64,000 nucleotides of DNA from an uncultured delta proteobacterium (GCA_963744545.1 CAVUUH010000044.1:135343-199342), one strand, 5' to 3'; counted from the first letter of the stretch, positions 8,706-18,407 are shown. Notes: generated from the sequence alone by a model not told the origin. Translations and numbers: made by a program.

Positions 8706-10543
8706 ACCGAAGATCATTTCTCAGAGCAATCGGATCGGCGGCGCTGCTGCCGATTTTGCCACGCCGTCCATTCGCTGCGACTACGAACTTCCGCCGACGC
8801 CGTCCCTCCGATGCGACATGGCCATCGCAGTCCGCATGGAAGCAACTCAACGAGACTGTCGGCGGAAATTTGATTCCCGTCGACTTTCCCATTAATAAGC
8901 TGCTCGACGAGAACATTAGAAATCCGTACTACATCGGCGATCAGCCCGGCCTCACAGAGACCCTGGGATGGGTCGACGCGTGGGCTACCAAACCGAGCGT
9001 CTACGCAGTCGCGGCGAGAAATGCCAATGACATTGCCGCGGCGGTGAATTTCGCCCGCGAGAATGACTTGCGCCTGGTCGTCAAGGGCGGCGGCCACAGC
9101 TACCAGGGAACCTCCAATGCGCCCGATTCGCTCCTGATTTGGACCCGGCACATGCACGACATCGAGATGCATGACCAATTTGTTCCACAGGGATGCGAGC
9201 ACGCCATACAGCCGCAACCCGCCGTGACTGTAGGCGCGGGAACGATCGGAATGCAGGCGTACGACGTGGTTACGACCAAGGGCGGAAAATACGTTCAAGG
9301 GGGAGGGTGCACGACGGTATGCCTTGGGGGCCTGGTTCAAAGCGGCGGCTTCGGAAGTTATTCGAAGCATTACGGCACTGCCGCGGGAGGTTTGCTCGAA
9401 GCCGAAGTAGTCACCGCGGACGGCCAGATTCGTATCGCGAATGCGTGCACCAACCCCGATCTATTTTGGGCGCTGAAGGGCGGTGGAGGTGGCAGCTTCG
9501 GCGTGGTGAGCAAGATGACTCTGCGGGTGCACGATCTTCCCGAGTTCTTCGGCGCCGCCAACTTCACGGTCAAAGCCGCGTCCGACGATGCGTATCGGCG
9601 CCTGATCCGCGAGTTCGTCAGCTTCTACCACGATCATCTCTTCAACGATCATTGGGGCGAACAGGCTCACGTGAAACCCGACAACACTCTCGAGATCAGC
9701 ATGACCTCGTACGGGTTAAACCAGGAGCAGGCGAGGAAAGTCTGGCAGCCGTTTCTGGACTGGGTCGCGCGTTCGCCGAACGACTATTCGCTCAAAGGAC
9801 GCGTGAATATCGGAAGCATACCGGCGCGACACTGGTGGGAGGTGCAATGGTGGAAGGAGCATTGGCCGGAAATCGCTTTTCCTCGAGACGGCGTCGTCCA
9901 CGGATTGCTTGACGATGTCCTCGTAAACGTTCTGCCGCAGCCGCTCTTCGACTTCGACACGCGGCCCGGCGCAAGTCCCAACAATGCGTGGTGGAAAGGA
10001 GATGCGGGACAGGTCGCGTGGTTCATCTGGGGTTTCGAATCGCTCTGGATGCCCGCGTCAATGCTCGAGCCCGACTCGCAGCAGCGTCTCGCCGACGCGC
10101 TGTTCGCCGCGTCTCGTCATTCAGGCTTCGAACTGCACTTCAATAAGGGACTTGGAGGAGCGCCACCCGACGCCATCGCGGCGGCCAAAGACACCGCAAC
10201 CAATCCGGCCGTGCTGACGGCATTCGCGCTGGTGATCGCGGGCGACGCGCAGAAACCCGCATATCCGGGAAGTCCAGGACACGAGCCGTCAGTGGCCGAA
10301 GGCCGCGAAGCTAGAAAGCGCGTTCATCAATGCGTGGATCAACTCCGCGCAATCGTTCCGAACCCGGGCGCGTACGTGAGCGAGAGCAACTACTTCGAAA
10401 ACGGATTCCAGCAAGCGTACTGGGGAGGCAATCACGCTCGCCTCGCCGATATCAAAAAGAAGTACGATCCCGACGGCCTGTTCTTCGTCCACAACGGAGT
10501 AGGCTCCGAACAATGGAGCCCCGATGGCTTCACCAAACTGTGA
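8702..10543 (+). CDS. Tat-exported FAD-linked oxidase (BBE/VAO-like) with C-terminal BBE domain
   Basis: Twin-arginine signal MNRRSFLRAIGSAALLPIL; FAD-binding PCMH motif VVKGGGHSYQG; C-terminal YDPDGLFFVHNGVGS; start overlaps transporter stop by 4 nt. Confidence 0.8.
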   Translation: MNRRSFLRAIGSAALLPILPRRPFAATTNFRRRRPSDATWPSQSAWKQLNETVGGNLIPVDFPINKLLDENIRNPYYIGDQPGLTETLGWVDAWATKPSVYAVAARNANDIAAAVNFARENDLRLVVKGGGHSYQGTSNAPDSLLIWTRHMHDIEMHDQFVPQGCEHAIQPQPAVTVGAGTIGMQAYDVVTTKGGKYVQGGGCTTVCLGGLVQSGGFGSYSKHYGTAAGGLLEAEVVTADGQIRIANACTNPDLFWALKGGGGGSFGVVSKMTLRVHDLPEFFGAANFTVKAASDDAYRRLIREFVSFYHDHLFNDHWGEQAHVKPDNTLEISMTSYGLNQEQARKVWQPFLDWVARSPNDYSLKGRVNIGSIPARHWWEVQWWKEHWPEIAFPRDGVVHGLLDDVLVNVLPQPLFDFDTRPGASPNNAWWKGDAGQVAWFIWGFESLWMPASMLEPDSQQRLADALFAASRHSGFELHFNKGLGGAPPDAIAAAKDTATNPAVLTAFALVIAGDAQKPAYPGSPGHEPSVAEGREARKRVHQCVDQLRAIVPNPGAYVSESNYFENGFQQAYWGGNHARLADIKKKYDPDGLFFVHNGVGSEQWSPDGFTKL

Positions 10544-10569
10544 ACGCCTGCTATCGGCCCGCCGAAAGC

Positions 10570-11514
10570 CTAATCGGGAGACGACCTCGGATCGCCGGCG
10601 CCTAATCTTCCTTCGCCAAGCCAGCGGATCAAAGAGGGCGACAGTTCCGCGTTGATCTTGCGTTCATAAAGATTGAGGTCAGCTTCCGTCAGGACGCCGC
10701 GCCAACGGCTGTTGGTGCCTCTATAAAGAAAGGTCTCGTGACCGCCCCTGAAATGACGCTCGGTGCCGGCCAGGATCGTTCCGCCGTCACGCTTCATCGC
10801 CTCGAATGACGCCGCTTCGACCAGCTGCGGCCACAACGTCTGCGGTGTTTTTATGCCGAGAAAGTCGGCGATCCGCTTCATCTCGCCGGAAAGATCAGCT
10901 TTCAAATCGTTGTAGTGGACCATCAGCAAGTTGGATCGCCGCCGTTCGGTCCAGAACGAACGCTCCAGGCTGAAGAAGCCGGCCGACATCCTCGTGGGCA
11001 AGTCATCCTTGCTATCGATCCAATAAAGGAAAAATTCGCGCTCGGTCTTCGGCAGTCGAGGATACGGCCGCTTTATAGTTTCGTCCGCGAGGCCAACCTT
11101 GTCGAAAACTTCGTAAGCCTCCGGCACGAAGCTGTTGTGGTGATTCAGCAGCGACATGCACGCATCGCGACCGTCGCGCGCGACGTGGATGTATCTCACC
11201 TCGTCATGGAGCGGCATCGCGTCCAGCGGCAGATGAGACTTCAGGAAGCGCCGATGAGTCTGCGCCTCGATATCAGAGAGCACTTCGTCGATCGGCTGCC
11301 TGAACCGGCAGTCAATCCAGGGCGATAATTCTCCCAACACGCGCGGCTGCGCCGATTGGAAAATCAGCAGATTGACGATCTGCTGCATCCAGGTGGTCCC
11401 GACCTTCGGCGCGGTCGCTATCACTACATCGCCCGCGCGCGGCTTATAGCCGGACCACCGGCGACTGTCACAGGCCCAATCGCGCACGACTCGGGAAGGT
11501 TCGCGACTCAACAT
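10570..11514 (-). CDS. Sulfotransferase-domain protein (PAPS-dependent)
   Basis: 5'-PSB motif PKVGTTWMQQI and 3'-PB region RDGRDACMSL. Confidence 0.75.
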   Translation of the reverse strand: MLSREPSRVVRDWACDSRRWSGYKPRAGDVVIATAPKVGTTWMQQIVNLLIFQSAQPRVLGELSPWIDCRFRQPIDEVLSDIEAQTHRRFLKSHLPLDAMPLHDEVRYIHVARDGRDACMSLLNHHNSFVPEAYEVFDKVGLADETIKRPYPRLPKTEREFFLYWIDSKDDLPTRMSAGFFSLERSFWTERRRSNLLMVHYNDLKADLSGEMKRIADFLGIKTPQTLWPQLVEAASFEAMKRDGGTILAGTERHFRGGHETFLYRGTNSRWRGVLTEADLNLYERKINAELSPSLIRWLGEGRLGAGDPRSSPD

Positions 11515-11634
11515 GGCGACTCCTCCGCGCTGAGAATTCGAGGGGACACTATGCTAAGGGGGCCGCTTTGCGACAATAGGAGCGCTTGCTCAAGATCAGG
11601 CACAGGCTGGATCGGAGCAGAAAACTCGCCGGAC

Positions 11635-12801
11635 TCAACTCTCCTTGCGCGCCTCGAACTCCTTTTTCGCCGAAGCCAGCAGGTCCGGCTGTGCGAGCAG
11701 ATCGTATGCGGTCATCGCCATCGCTTTTGCCACTCGAATCATCGCATCGTAGCCGCGCTTCGAGTCCGCATGCGCGACGAACGCATCTTCATGGCAGTTG
11801 CCTTCGCCGTGCCGCGCGATCGCGAACGACGGATGTATCGCCGGCATCACGTGACTGACGTCGCCCATGTCAGTGCTGCCGGTTGGAGTGTTCTCCGGCG
11901 CTTCGACCGATTTCGCGCCGAGAGTCTCGCTATGCGCCGCGTATCGATGTGCCATACTGAGATTGTTAATCAGATTTTTGTAGCCGCCCTCGATCTCGTG
12001 GTCGAGGCGCGTCCCGGTCGCCATCGCGGCCGCCTCCGCGCATCGAATCACCCGCGCGCCGATCTCCTTGGCGTACTTGCTGGTCTTGGCGCGCGCCAGG
12101 AACAGGCACTCGGTCCGCTCCGGGATGATATTCACCGCCTGTCCGCCGTCGGTGATGATGCCGTGAATCCTCGACCCGTCGCGCAGATGCAGCCGCATCG
12201 CATCGACGCTGTGGAAAGTCTGGATCACCGCGGCCAGCGCGCTCGATCCGTCCCACGGCGCCAACGCCGCATGCGCGCTACGCCCATGAAAAGTCAGCTT
12301 GAGATGCTGCGTGGCAAGGGCCGGCATCGTGCAGAATTCCGCGTCCGTCGGATGCGCCATCATGGCCGCGTCGACGCCGCGCAGCGCGCCCTTATCGATC
12401 AGGATAATCTTTCCACCGCCGCCTTCTTCGGCCGGCGTGCCGAGAAAAACGACTCGCCCGGGCAACTGACTCGCGATGCTCTTCAACCCGGCAACCGCGC
12501 TCAACGCGGCGCCCGCAATCAGGTTATGCCCGCACGAGTGCCCGTTCGGCAGCGCGTCGTACTCGGCGAGAATCGCAACGGTCGGCCCCTTGCCGCCGAA
12601 CTCGCTGCGGAAAGCAGTCTTGAGCCCGCCAACTTCGCGCTCAACCTCGAGCCCCAGTTCGCTCGCAGCCTTGCTCAGCAGATTAGATGCGAAATGCTCT
12701 TCGAACTTGAGCTCAGGACGCTCATGAATCTCATGGCTGAGCGCCACCACTTTATCGCGGTAGTTATCAATCGCGCGTGCTATCTCGGCATGAGCGTCCA
12801 T
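11635..12801 (-). CDS. M20-family amidohydrolase/peptidase (hippurate hydrolase / N-acyl-amino-acid amidohydrolase-like)
   Basis: Start refined to MDAHAEI with GAGGGAG RBS; metal-ligand regions SCGHNLIAG, ILAEYDALP, HGRSAHAALAP. Confidence 0.8.
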   Translation of the reverse strand: MDAHAEIARAIDNYRDKVVALSHEIHERPELKFEEHFASNLLSKAASELGLEVEREVGGLKTAFRSEFGGKGPTVAILAEYDALPNGHSCGHNLIAGAALSAVAGLKSIASQLPGRVVFLGTPAEEGGGGKIILIDKGALRGVDAAMMAHPTDAEFCTMPALATQHLKLTFHGRSAHAALAPWDGSSALAAVIQTFHSVDAMRLHLRDGSRIHGIITDGGQAVNIIPERTECLFLARAKTSKYAKEIGARVIRCAEAAAMATGTRLDHEIEGGYKNLINNLSMAHRYAAHSETLGAKSVEAPENTPTGSTDMGDVSHVMPAIHPSFAIARHGEGNCHEDAFVAHADSKRGYDAMIRVAKAMAMTAYDLLAQPDLLASAKKEFEARKES

Positions 12802-12864
12802 CACAATGCTCCCTCTCGATGCAGGATGCATTCTGACTAGCACCGCCCGCACACACGATCCAAC

Positions 12865-12955
12865 TCTTCCCCTCTCCCAAAGGGAGAGGATTGAAGGTGA
12901 GGGACATTATTCAGCGCGCGATTTCTTTCGCGCGCGATTCAAGATTCTGCTTTCT
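12865..12955 (+). repeat. Structured intercistronic element, family 3 (copy B): hairpin CCCCTCTCCC/GGGAGAGG + GAAGGTGAGGG + GC hairpin + AAGATTCTGCTTTCT
   Basis: About 85 percent identical to reverse complement of 58222-58315, with loop differences that preserve both stems. Confidence 0.6.
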
Positions 12956-12995
12956 ATGCTTGGATGCCGCGTCTTATCCCTCAATTCGGAGACAC

Positions 12996-13829
12996 TCACT
13001 TCGGCCACTCGCGTTGATAGAAGGCGGCCATCTCGCCTTCGACGCGAGGCGGGAACTCCAAGCCATGACGCGCGAATGCTGCTCTCGCAAGTTCGCAGAT
13101 CTTCCGGTGCATTTCGATATGCAAATCCCGCATCGCGATCCGATCGCCGCCGCGCACCGACGTGACGATTCTATCCACCAGCCGTGCGCATTCCGCTCGC
13201 TGCTCGGGCGTGATCAGCTTCGCGCGCGTGAACATATTGCGATGGAACGCGCGCCGATCCTTTTCCAGCAACATCAACGGAACGATCGCCGTCTCGACCA
13301 GCAGGATCTCGTTGAACAGAAACGTGTTGATTTGCCCGCGCGCGAGTATTCTGACCGGCCAGGTCGCCCCCTGAAGAAATCCAAGAACGTTGGATTGGAG
13401 CGCGTGCTTGATTGCCGCATCGCCCAGGTCGTCGCCGATTTTGAAGCGATCGTAAATTTCCGGCGCGCCCCAAAGCTGCTTCACGGCGATGCGCGGCCTC
13501 GACGCAAGTCCGCTTTCCCGTTCAAAGAAGACGTCGAGCTTCACGGGACCTTCGATCAAACAGCCGACGCCGAACACTCCCATGATATCGAGCGACGCCA
13601 GGATCGGCGCGATTCGCTCTATCTCGCGGAGCCGCCCGTTCCACACCTCGTTCCACGCGCTCTCGACCACGCAAAGATGCAAATCGATATCCGAGTACGA
13701 GTCCGCAGAACCATCCGCAAGGCTCCCTTCGAGCCATCCCGCCGGAAACCGCGCATCTCCGGAGCAAATCGCCACTGCGCGGTCGATCAACTCCGCGCGC
13801 CGAACCGCAAACGGAACCTCGTCACTCAT
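12996..13829 (-). CDS. Nucleotidyltransferase-domain protein (aminoglycoside/antibiotic adenylyltransferase-like)
   Basis: GS...D.D polymerase-beta-like NT motif GSLADGSADSYSDIDLHLCVV; size and C-terminal helical domain as in ANT enzymes. Confidence 0.5.
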   Translation of the reverse strand: MSDEVPFAVRRAELIDRAVAICSGDARFPAGWLEGSLADGSADSYSDIDLHLCVVESAWNEVWNGRLREIERIAPILASLDIMGVFGVGCLIEGPVKLDVFFERESGLASRPRIAVKQLWGAPEIYDRFKIGDDLGDAAIKHALQSNVLGFLQGATWPVRILARGQINTFLFNEILLVETAIVPLMLLEKDRRAFHRNMFTRAKLITPEQRAECARLVDRIVTSVRGGDRIAMRDLHIEMHRKICELARAAFARHGLEFPPRVEGEMAAFYQREWPK

Positions 13830-13966
13830 GCTGCTAACTTATTTTCGTGCTCATACTTTCTTCGATATGAAGGAGAGCATTGTGTCCATTGCGGTTTGCG
13901 TCGCACGTGATCAACAGTCCGCCGGGCCGAGTCAGAATCTTCGCCGCGCCCGAACTATCGCGAGAC

Positions 13967-15340
13967 CTACGCGATGGCTTTTGATTTTTCCTCTTCGGCT
14001 GCCGCGCTTCTTGCGATCAGGCGATCGCGCATGGCGCGGTGGCTTGCGCGGGTGATTGGGTAGCGCGAGAAGACCAGCGCGCTTAGCAGGTAAATTGCGG
14101 CGGGGCCGAGGGCGAATAGCGCGCGCAGATGTTCTCCCGCCGCCGGCGTGATTCCGCCGCCGCCCGGTTTGTAGCCGACCCAGCTCAGCACCGGGCCGAC
14201 CATCAGCAGAGTGACCGCGACCGCCAGCTTTATCGACATCGAGGTGATTCCGCCGTACGCGCCTTCCTGGCGCTGGCCGGTGCGCTCCTCGTCCCACTCG
14301 ATTACGTCCGCCGACGCCGACATTTGCGTCACCCAGATTCCGATTGCCGAGAATCCCGTGAACGCCATCAGAATGTAGAGCGCGACAGTGCTTTGCGGCG
14401 TCATCGTCATGAACAGCAGCGAGCCCATCGCGTTGCAGATCATCGCGACCACGAAGGCCGGCTTCTTTTCGAAGCGCACCGTGATCCTGAACCAGAACGG
14501 ATACGAAACCACCGATCCGGCGAAGTACGCGATCAGCCATCGCGCCGCCGCGTTCTCATCGTGATACCAGTACTTCGCCAGGAAGCGGATCAGGACGGTC
14601 GGAATGTTGATTGCCATGATCGCCAGCGTGGTGGCGATCAGCAGAATGATGAACGGCCGATTGCCCCCAATCGATTTGATCGACGCCCACAGCCTCGAGC
14701 GGTCGAGCGTCGAGAACTCGGCGCGCTCGCGCAGACCTGTGTATGCGAGCATCGCGCCTCCGGCGACAACAATCGCGCAGATAGCGCCGGTGACTTTGAA
14801 ATCGGTGCCGCGTGCGAAGAGGTAGGTAGCCGCGAACGGCAACAGCGCGCCGCTGATATCGCCGACGGTGCCGAGCAGCATGCGGAACGTCGAGAGCTTG
14901 GTGCGTTCGTCGTAGTCGAGCGTGAGCTCGGGCATCAGCGCGCTGTACGCCGTTTCGTAAATCTTCCGCGACGTGAGCATCAGGAAATAGAAGCCGAAGA
15001 ACCATACGAACAAGCCTGCGTGCAGCCGCGGCGGCGAGAGCAGCAGGTAGTAGCATACCGCCATCGGAATCGCGGCGAAGAAAAACGGCCGGCGGCGTCC
15101 TGATTTGAAGCGCGCGCGATCGGAAATGTTGCCGACCAGCGGATCGGTCACCGCGTCCAGCACCAGCGCGAGGAAGAATGCAAGCCCGGCCAGCGATGGA
15201 GAGAGGCCCATCCGATCGCTATAAAAATAAAGCAGGTGAAGTCCGATCAGAGTCACGCACAGGTTGAGGCCGGTCTGCGCCTGCGCGTAGATTAGCAGTG
15301 GACGAAGGCCAATCTTTTCGCTCGAATTCCGGTTTGCCAC
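13967..15340 (-). CDS. MFS transporter, GPH family
   Basis: 12 TM; signature DAVTDPLVGNISDRARFKSGRRRPF. Confidence 0.85.
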   Translation of the reverse strand: MANRNSSEKIGLRPLLIYAQAQTGLNLCVTLIGLHLLYFYSDRMGLSPSLAGLAFFLALVLDAVTDPLVGNISDRARFKSGRRRPFFFAAIPMAVCYYLLLSPPRLHAGLFVWFFGFYFLMLTSRKIYETAYSALMPELTLDYDERTKLSTFRMLLGTVGDISGALLPFAATYLFARGTDFKVTGAICAIVVAGGAMLAYTGLRERAEFSTLDRSRLWASIKSIGGNRPFIILLIATTLAIMAINIPTVLIRFLAKYWYHDENAAARWLIAYFAGSVVSYPFWFRITVRFEKKPAFVVAMICNAMGSLLFMTMTPQSTVALYILMAFTGFSAIGIWVTQMSASADVIEWDEERTGQRQEGAYGGITSMSIKLAVAVTLLMVGPVLSWVGYKPGGGGITPAAGEHLRALFALGPAAIYLLSALVFSRYPITRASHRAMRDRLIARSAAAEEEKSKAIA

Positions 15341-15415
15341 AGTCCGCAGAGACTACTCGATGGACATGCCGATATACAAAGCGATTGCGATTGCCCGTCC
15401 GACTCAGCTATCGGG

Positions 15416-16219
15416 ATGACGATGAGAATTTTCGAGCGAGGTCCGATGCGCGAACGCCGGTGGCTGTTGTTGCCCGTTGTACTTCTTCTGTCGATGGCAC
15501 TGGCGACGTCCGGATGCTCGCAGATTAAGGCATGGTGGAATCCCGACGACGACTCGACCGATCTCGACGACGCCGCCAACGCCAACGAGGGTGAGCCGCT
15601 GCCGCCTCCGGTCGCCAACGTCGCTATCAGCTATCGGCGTCCCGGCGATGCGCTCGCACGCGCCACGGTGATCAAGTATTTCGGCGCTGACGTGATCGCG
15701 AACCATCAGCGCGACGCGACGCGGACCGAGTCAGTGGTGCGATTCGACGGCGGCGTTCCAATCTGGGAGTTCAAGGCCGACGAAGGAACCTTCGGATCGC
15801 TCACCGGCGTCGGCGCGGCCAAGTATTCGCTCAAGAGTGTCGAGTACTCGAAGGTGCCGTCGCATTTCACGCAGGTGCTTCCCGAGGAAGGGCCGCCGGA
15901 GCCGCTCGACCGCGGCGCCTACTATGTCTTTCAAATCGAGCGGGCGTCCGGTTCCATCAGCTATCAGGCGGTCAAGGTGCTCGCCGACGGTTCTCTGCAG
16001 GCGTACAACGCGCAACCTCGCGCGGGCAGCAGTTATCTGCTGTGTTGCAATGTGACATCGGATTTTCCTGAACCGGTTATTCTTCCCGATACGACACAGG
16101 ATGCGGGAACGGCGAATCCGTCGCCTGACGAATCTCCCGATCAGTCCGGCGCTCCTGCGGACCAATCCGCCACTCCTCCTGAGTCGTCCGGTCCGTCGCT
16201 CGATCCCAACGCTCCATAG
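15416..16219 (+). CDS. Hypothetical secreted/lipoprotein with Pro-rich C-terminus
   Basis: Signal peptide RWLLLPVVLLLSMALATSGCSQ (possible lipobox); no recognisable domain. Confidence 0.45.
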   Translation: MTMRIFERGPMRERRWLLLPVVLLLSMALATSGCSQIKAWWNPDDDSTDLDDAANANEGEPLPPPVANVAISYRRPGDALARATVIKYFGADVIANHQRDATRTESVVRFDGGVPIWEFKADEGTFGSLTGVGAAKYSLKSVEYSKVPSHFTQVLPEEGPPEPLDRGAYYVFQIERASGSISYQAVKVLADGSLQAYNAQPRAGSSYLLCCNVTSDFPEPVILPDTTQDAGTANPSPDESPDQSGAPADQSATPPESSGPSLDPNAP

Positions 16220-16402
16220 CGTCTTTAACGCGCTTTTTCGACCTTTCGTTCTCTAGCTAGTCGCCGATTGAGGACGACTTTGTTCAATGAATCCGGCTCT
16301 CTCGGCGCAGGCAACAGTTACCTCATTTATGAATATCAATTCAGTATTGAGCGTGTACTCGTAATTGACACACGATTCATTTTTCGCCTAAATATCATCT
16401 CG

Positions 16403-17014
16403 ATGGGACAAGCTGCGCGACAATCTGGTGATGCGCCGAATCGATTTGATCGTCGGCGTGAAAAGACGCGCGTCGATCTAATTCAGGCAGCCGAGCGCGT
16501 CATCTCGAGCAAGGGCTACCATCAGACTCGCATCGCCGACATCGCCACCGAAGCGGACGTCGGTCTCGGCACCTTTTACCTGCATTTCAAAACCAAGAAC
16601 GAAATTTTTATCGAACTAATTGAGCATGGCGCGGCTGAGCTCCGGCGTACACTCGGCGAAGCCAAGGCTGGCGTTCATACGCCGGCCGAGAAACTCAAGA
16701 TCACAATCGACACGATTCTCGATGCGGCCGCCGAGGCGCCCGAGCTTTTCCGGATAGTCTTCGGCCACAGCCCTGCGTTCCTCGACCTGATGGTCCGCGT
16801 GCACAATATCTTCATCGACGACCTGCGCGACGACCTTGCGCCGGCGGTTGGCGAGCGCGCCGACGCGATTGCGCATCTCACGGTCGGGATGCTGTCGCAG
16901 GCGATTTCGTGGCTGCTCGCGAGCCGCGATCTTTCTCACGCGGAGCTGAAAAATATCACAGTAAATTTTGCTCTGGGCGGACTCGAGCGCGCAGCACGGC
17001 TCGCCGCCTCATGA
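16403..17014 (+). CDS. TetR-family transcriptional regulator
   Basis: Start refined to MGQAARQ; HTH RVDLIQAAERVISSKGYHQTRIADIATEADVGLGTFYLHFKTKNEIF. Confidence 0.8.
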   Translation: MGQAARQSGDAPNRFDRRREKTRVDLIQAAERVISSKGYHQTRIADIATEADVGLGTFYLHFKTKNEIFIELIEHGAAELRRTLGEAKAGVHTPAEKLKITIDTILDAAAEAPELFRIVFGHSPAFLDLMVRVHNIFIDDLRDDLAPAVGERADAIAHLTVGMLSQAISWLLASRDLSHAELKNITVNFALGGLERAARLAAS

Positions 17015-17032
17015 AATCGGAGGATTCCCACA

Positions 17033-18031
17033 ATGGCCCACGACCACACCGTAGTTAACACCGACCTCGAAAGCGTCTTCCACTGGGACTACAGCGTGAA
17101 GTTCCCGCAGATGGATCGCCTTTACGAGAACGCCAAGCGCGATCAATGGAACGTCTCGACCACGATTAACTGGGACCGCCCGATCGAGAACGAAGTGCTG
17201 GACATGACGATGATGCCGATGTTCCAGACCGAGCTTTATCGATCGCTCAGCGAGGAGAACAAGTACCAGCTCGGGCGCAAGTTCGCGGCGTGGCGGCTCT
17301 CGCAGTTCCTGCACGGCGAGCAGGGCGCGCTGATGGTCTGCGGACAGTTGGTGGACGCGGTGCCCGACCTCGACGCCAAGATGAACGCGGCGGCGCAGGT
17401 GTTCGACGAGGCGCGTCACGTCGAAGGCTTCCGCAAGTACATCACCAAGCTCGACCGCATCTACCCGATCGATCCCACGCTCGAGCGGCTGCTGACCACC
17501 GTGATGGCGCACGACCGTTGGGAGCCCAAATATGTCGGGATGCAAGTCGTTGCCGAGGGGCTCGCGATTGCGGCGTTTCGCTTCATGCAGCGCGAAACCA
17601 AGGACGAGCTGCTGAAGGAACTGCTCGAGTACATCATGAAGGACGAGGCGCGCCACGTCGGCTTCGGCATGCTCGCGCTCCGCGACGCAGTGACCAAGCT
17701 CAAGGGCAAGGACAAGAAGGATCTCGAGGACTTCGCGTTCGCCGCGTGCGACATGATGGTGACGAAGGTCGTCGACGGCGTGCCCAAGGACGGCTTCCTG
17801 TCGGGCGCTGCGGTCTTCGAGGAAGTGGGCATCTCGATGAAGGACATCGAGGACGAGATGCATCGCAACCCGGCCTGGGCGGCGGCTGAGAACGATATGG
17901 AGAAGCAGTTCAACTCGTTCCTGTTCGTCGACACGATCATCCCATGCCTGCGGCAAATCGACCTGATCAACGATCGGACTGAGTCGTGGTACCAGCAGCT
18001 AGGCGTGATGCAGCTGGCATCGGCCGCGTAG
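17033..18031 (+). CDS. Ferritin-like diiron-carboxylate protein (AurF / acyl-ACP desaturase-like oxygenase fold)
   Basis: Two E...DEARH motifs (GEQGA...DEARHVEGF and AEGLA...DEARHVGFG). Confidence 0.6.
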   Translation: MAHDHTVVNTDLESVFHWDYSVKFPQMDRLYENAKRDQWNVSTTINWDRPIENEVLDMTMMPMFQTELYRSLSEENKYQLGRKFAAWRLSQFLHGEQGALMVCGQLVDAVPDLDAKMNAAAQVFDEARHVEGFRKYITKLDRIYPIDPTLERLLTTVMAHDRWEPKYVGMQVVAEGLAIAAFRFMQRETKDELLKELLEYIMKDEARHVGFGMLALRDAVTKLKGKDKKDLEDFAFAACDMMVTKVVDGVPKDGFLSGAAVFEEVGISMKDIEDEMHRNPAWAAAENDMEKQFNSFLFVDTIIPCLRQIDLINDRTESWYQQLGVMQLASAA

Positions 18032-18129
18032 CTGGCAATCACCACAGTCAGAATGATGAAGGGCCGGTCGTCGAACGACCGGCCCTTTCTTTTTCGTACG
18101 CGCGAACGCGAAGTCGTTCGCGCCAATCT

Positions 18130-18361
18130 TGTCATCCTGACAGAGTGAGCAACGCGAGCGGCAGGAAGGATCTCGGACAGCTTCGCGCGAGCGAAGCCGG
18201 TTCCGGTTTTGGGTTGCTGCATCCGATGAGAATGGCCTGCGCTTGCGCGAACACAAGGAGCAAAGGACCGCTTCGCGATTTCGAACCGGTACCGGCGGCG
18301 CGTACGCGCCGCTGTCCGAGATCCTTCCTGCCGCTCGCGTTGCTCGCTACGTCAGGATGAC
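18130..18361. repeat. MITE-like element (family 1) with about 50-bp terminal inverted repeats GTCATCCTGAC...GTCAGGATGAC
   Basis: Left arm gtcatcctgacagagtgagcaacgcgagcggcaggaaggatctcggacagc is near-perfect reverse complement of right arm; lies between convergent gene ends. Confidence 0.75.
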
Positions 18362-18407
18362 AAACTACGCGACGCGCGTTGCATTTTAGAATAAACGAGT
18401 CACTCTG

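Noticed and set aside
11356-12840. 494-aa plus-strand ORF
   Set aside because: Antisense shadow of the M20 amidohydrolase gene; Arg/Ala/Pro-rich composition typical of wrong-strand translation in GC-rich DNA.
12891-13910. 339-aa plus-strand ORF starting inside the family 3 repeat
   Set aside because: Antisense to the nucleotidyltransferase gene; start codon lies within the conserved structured element; no domain.
14129-15103. 324-aa plus-strand ORF
   Set aside because: Shadow of the GPH transporter gene; Arg/His/Asp-rich low-complexity translation.
17009-17956. 315-aa minus-strand ORF
   Set aside because: Antisense to the diiron oxygenase gene, which has clear motifs and better codon usage.
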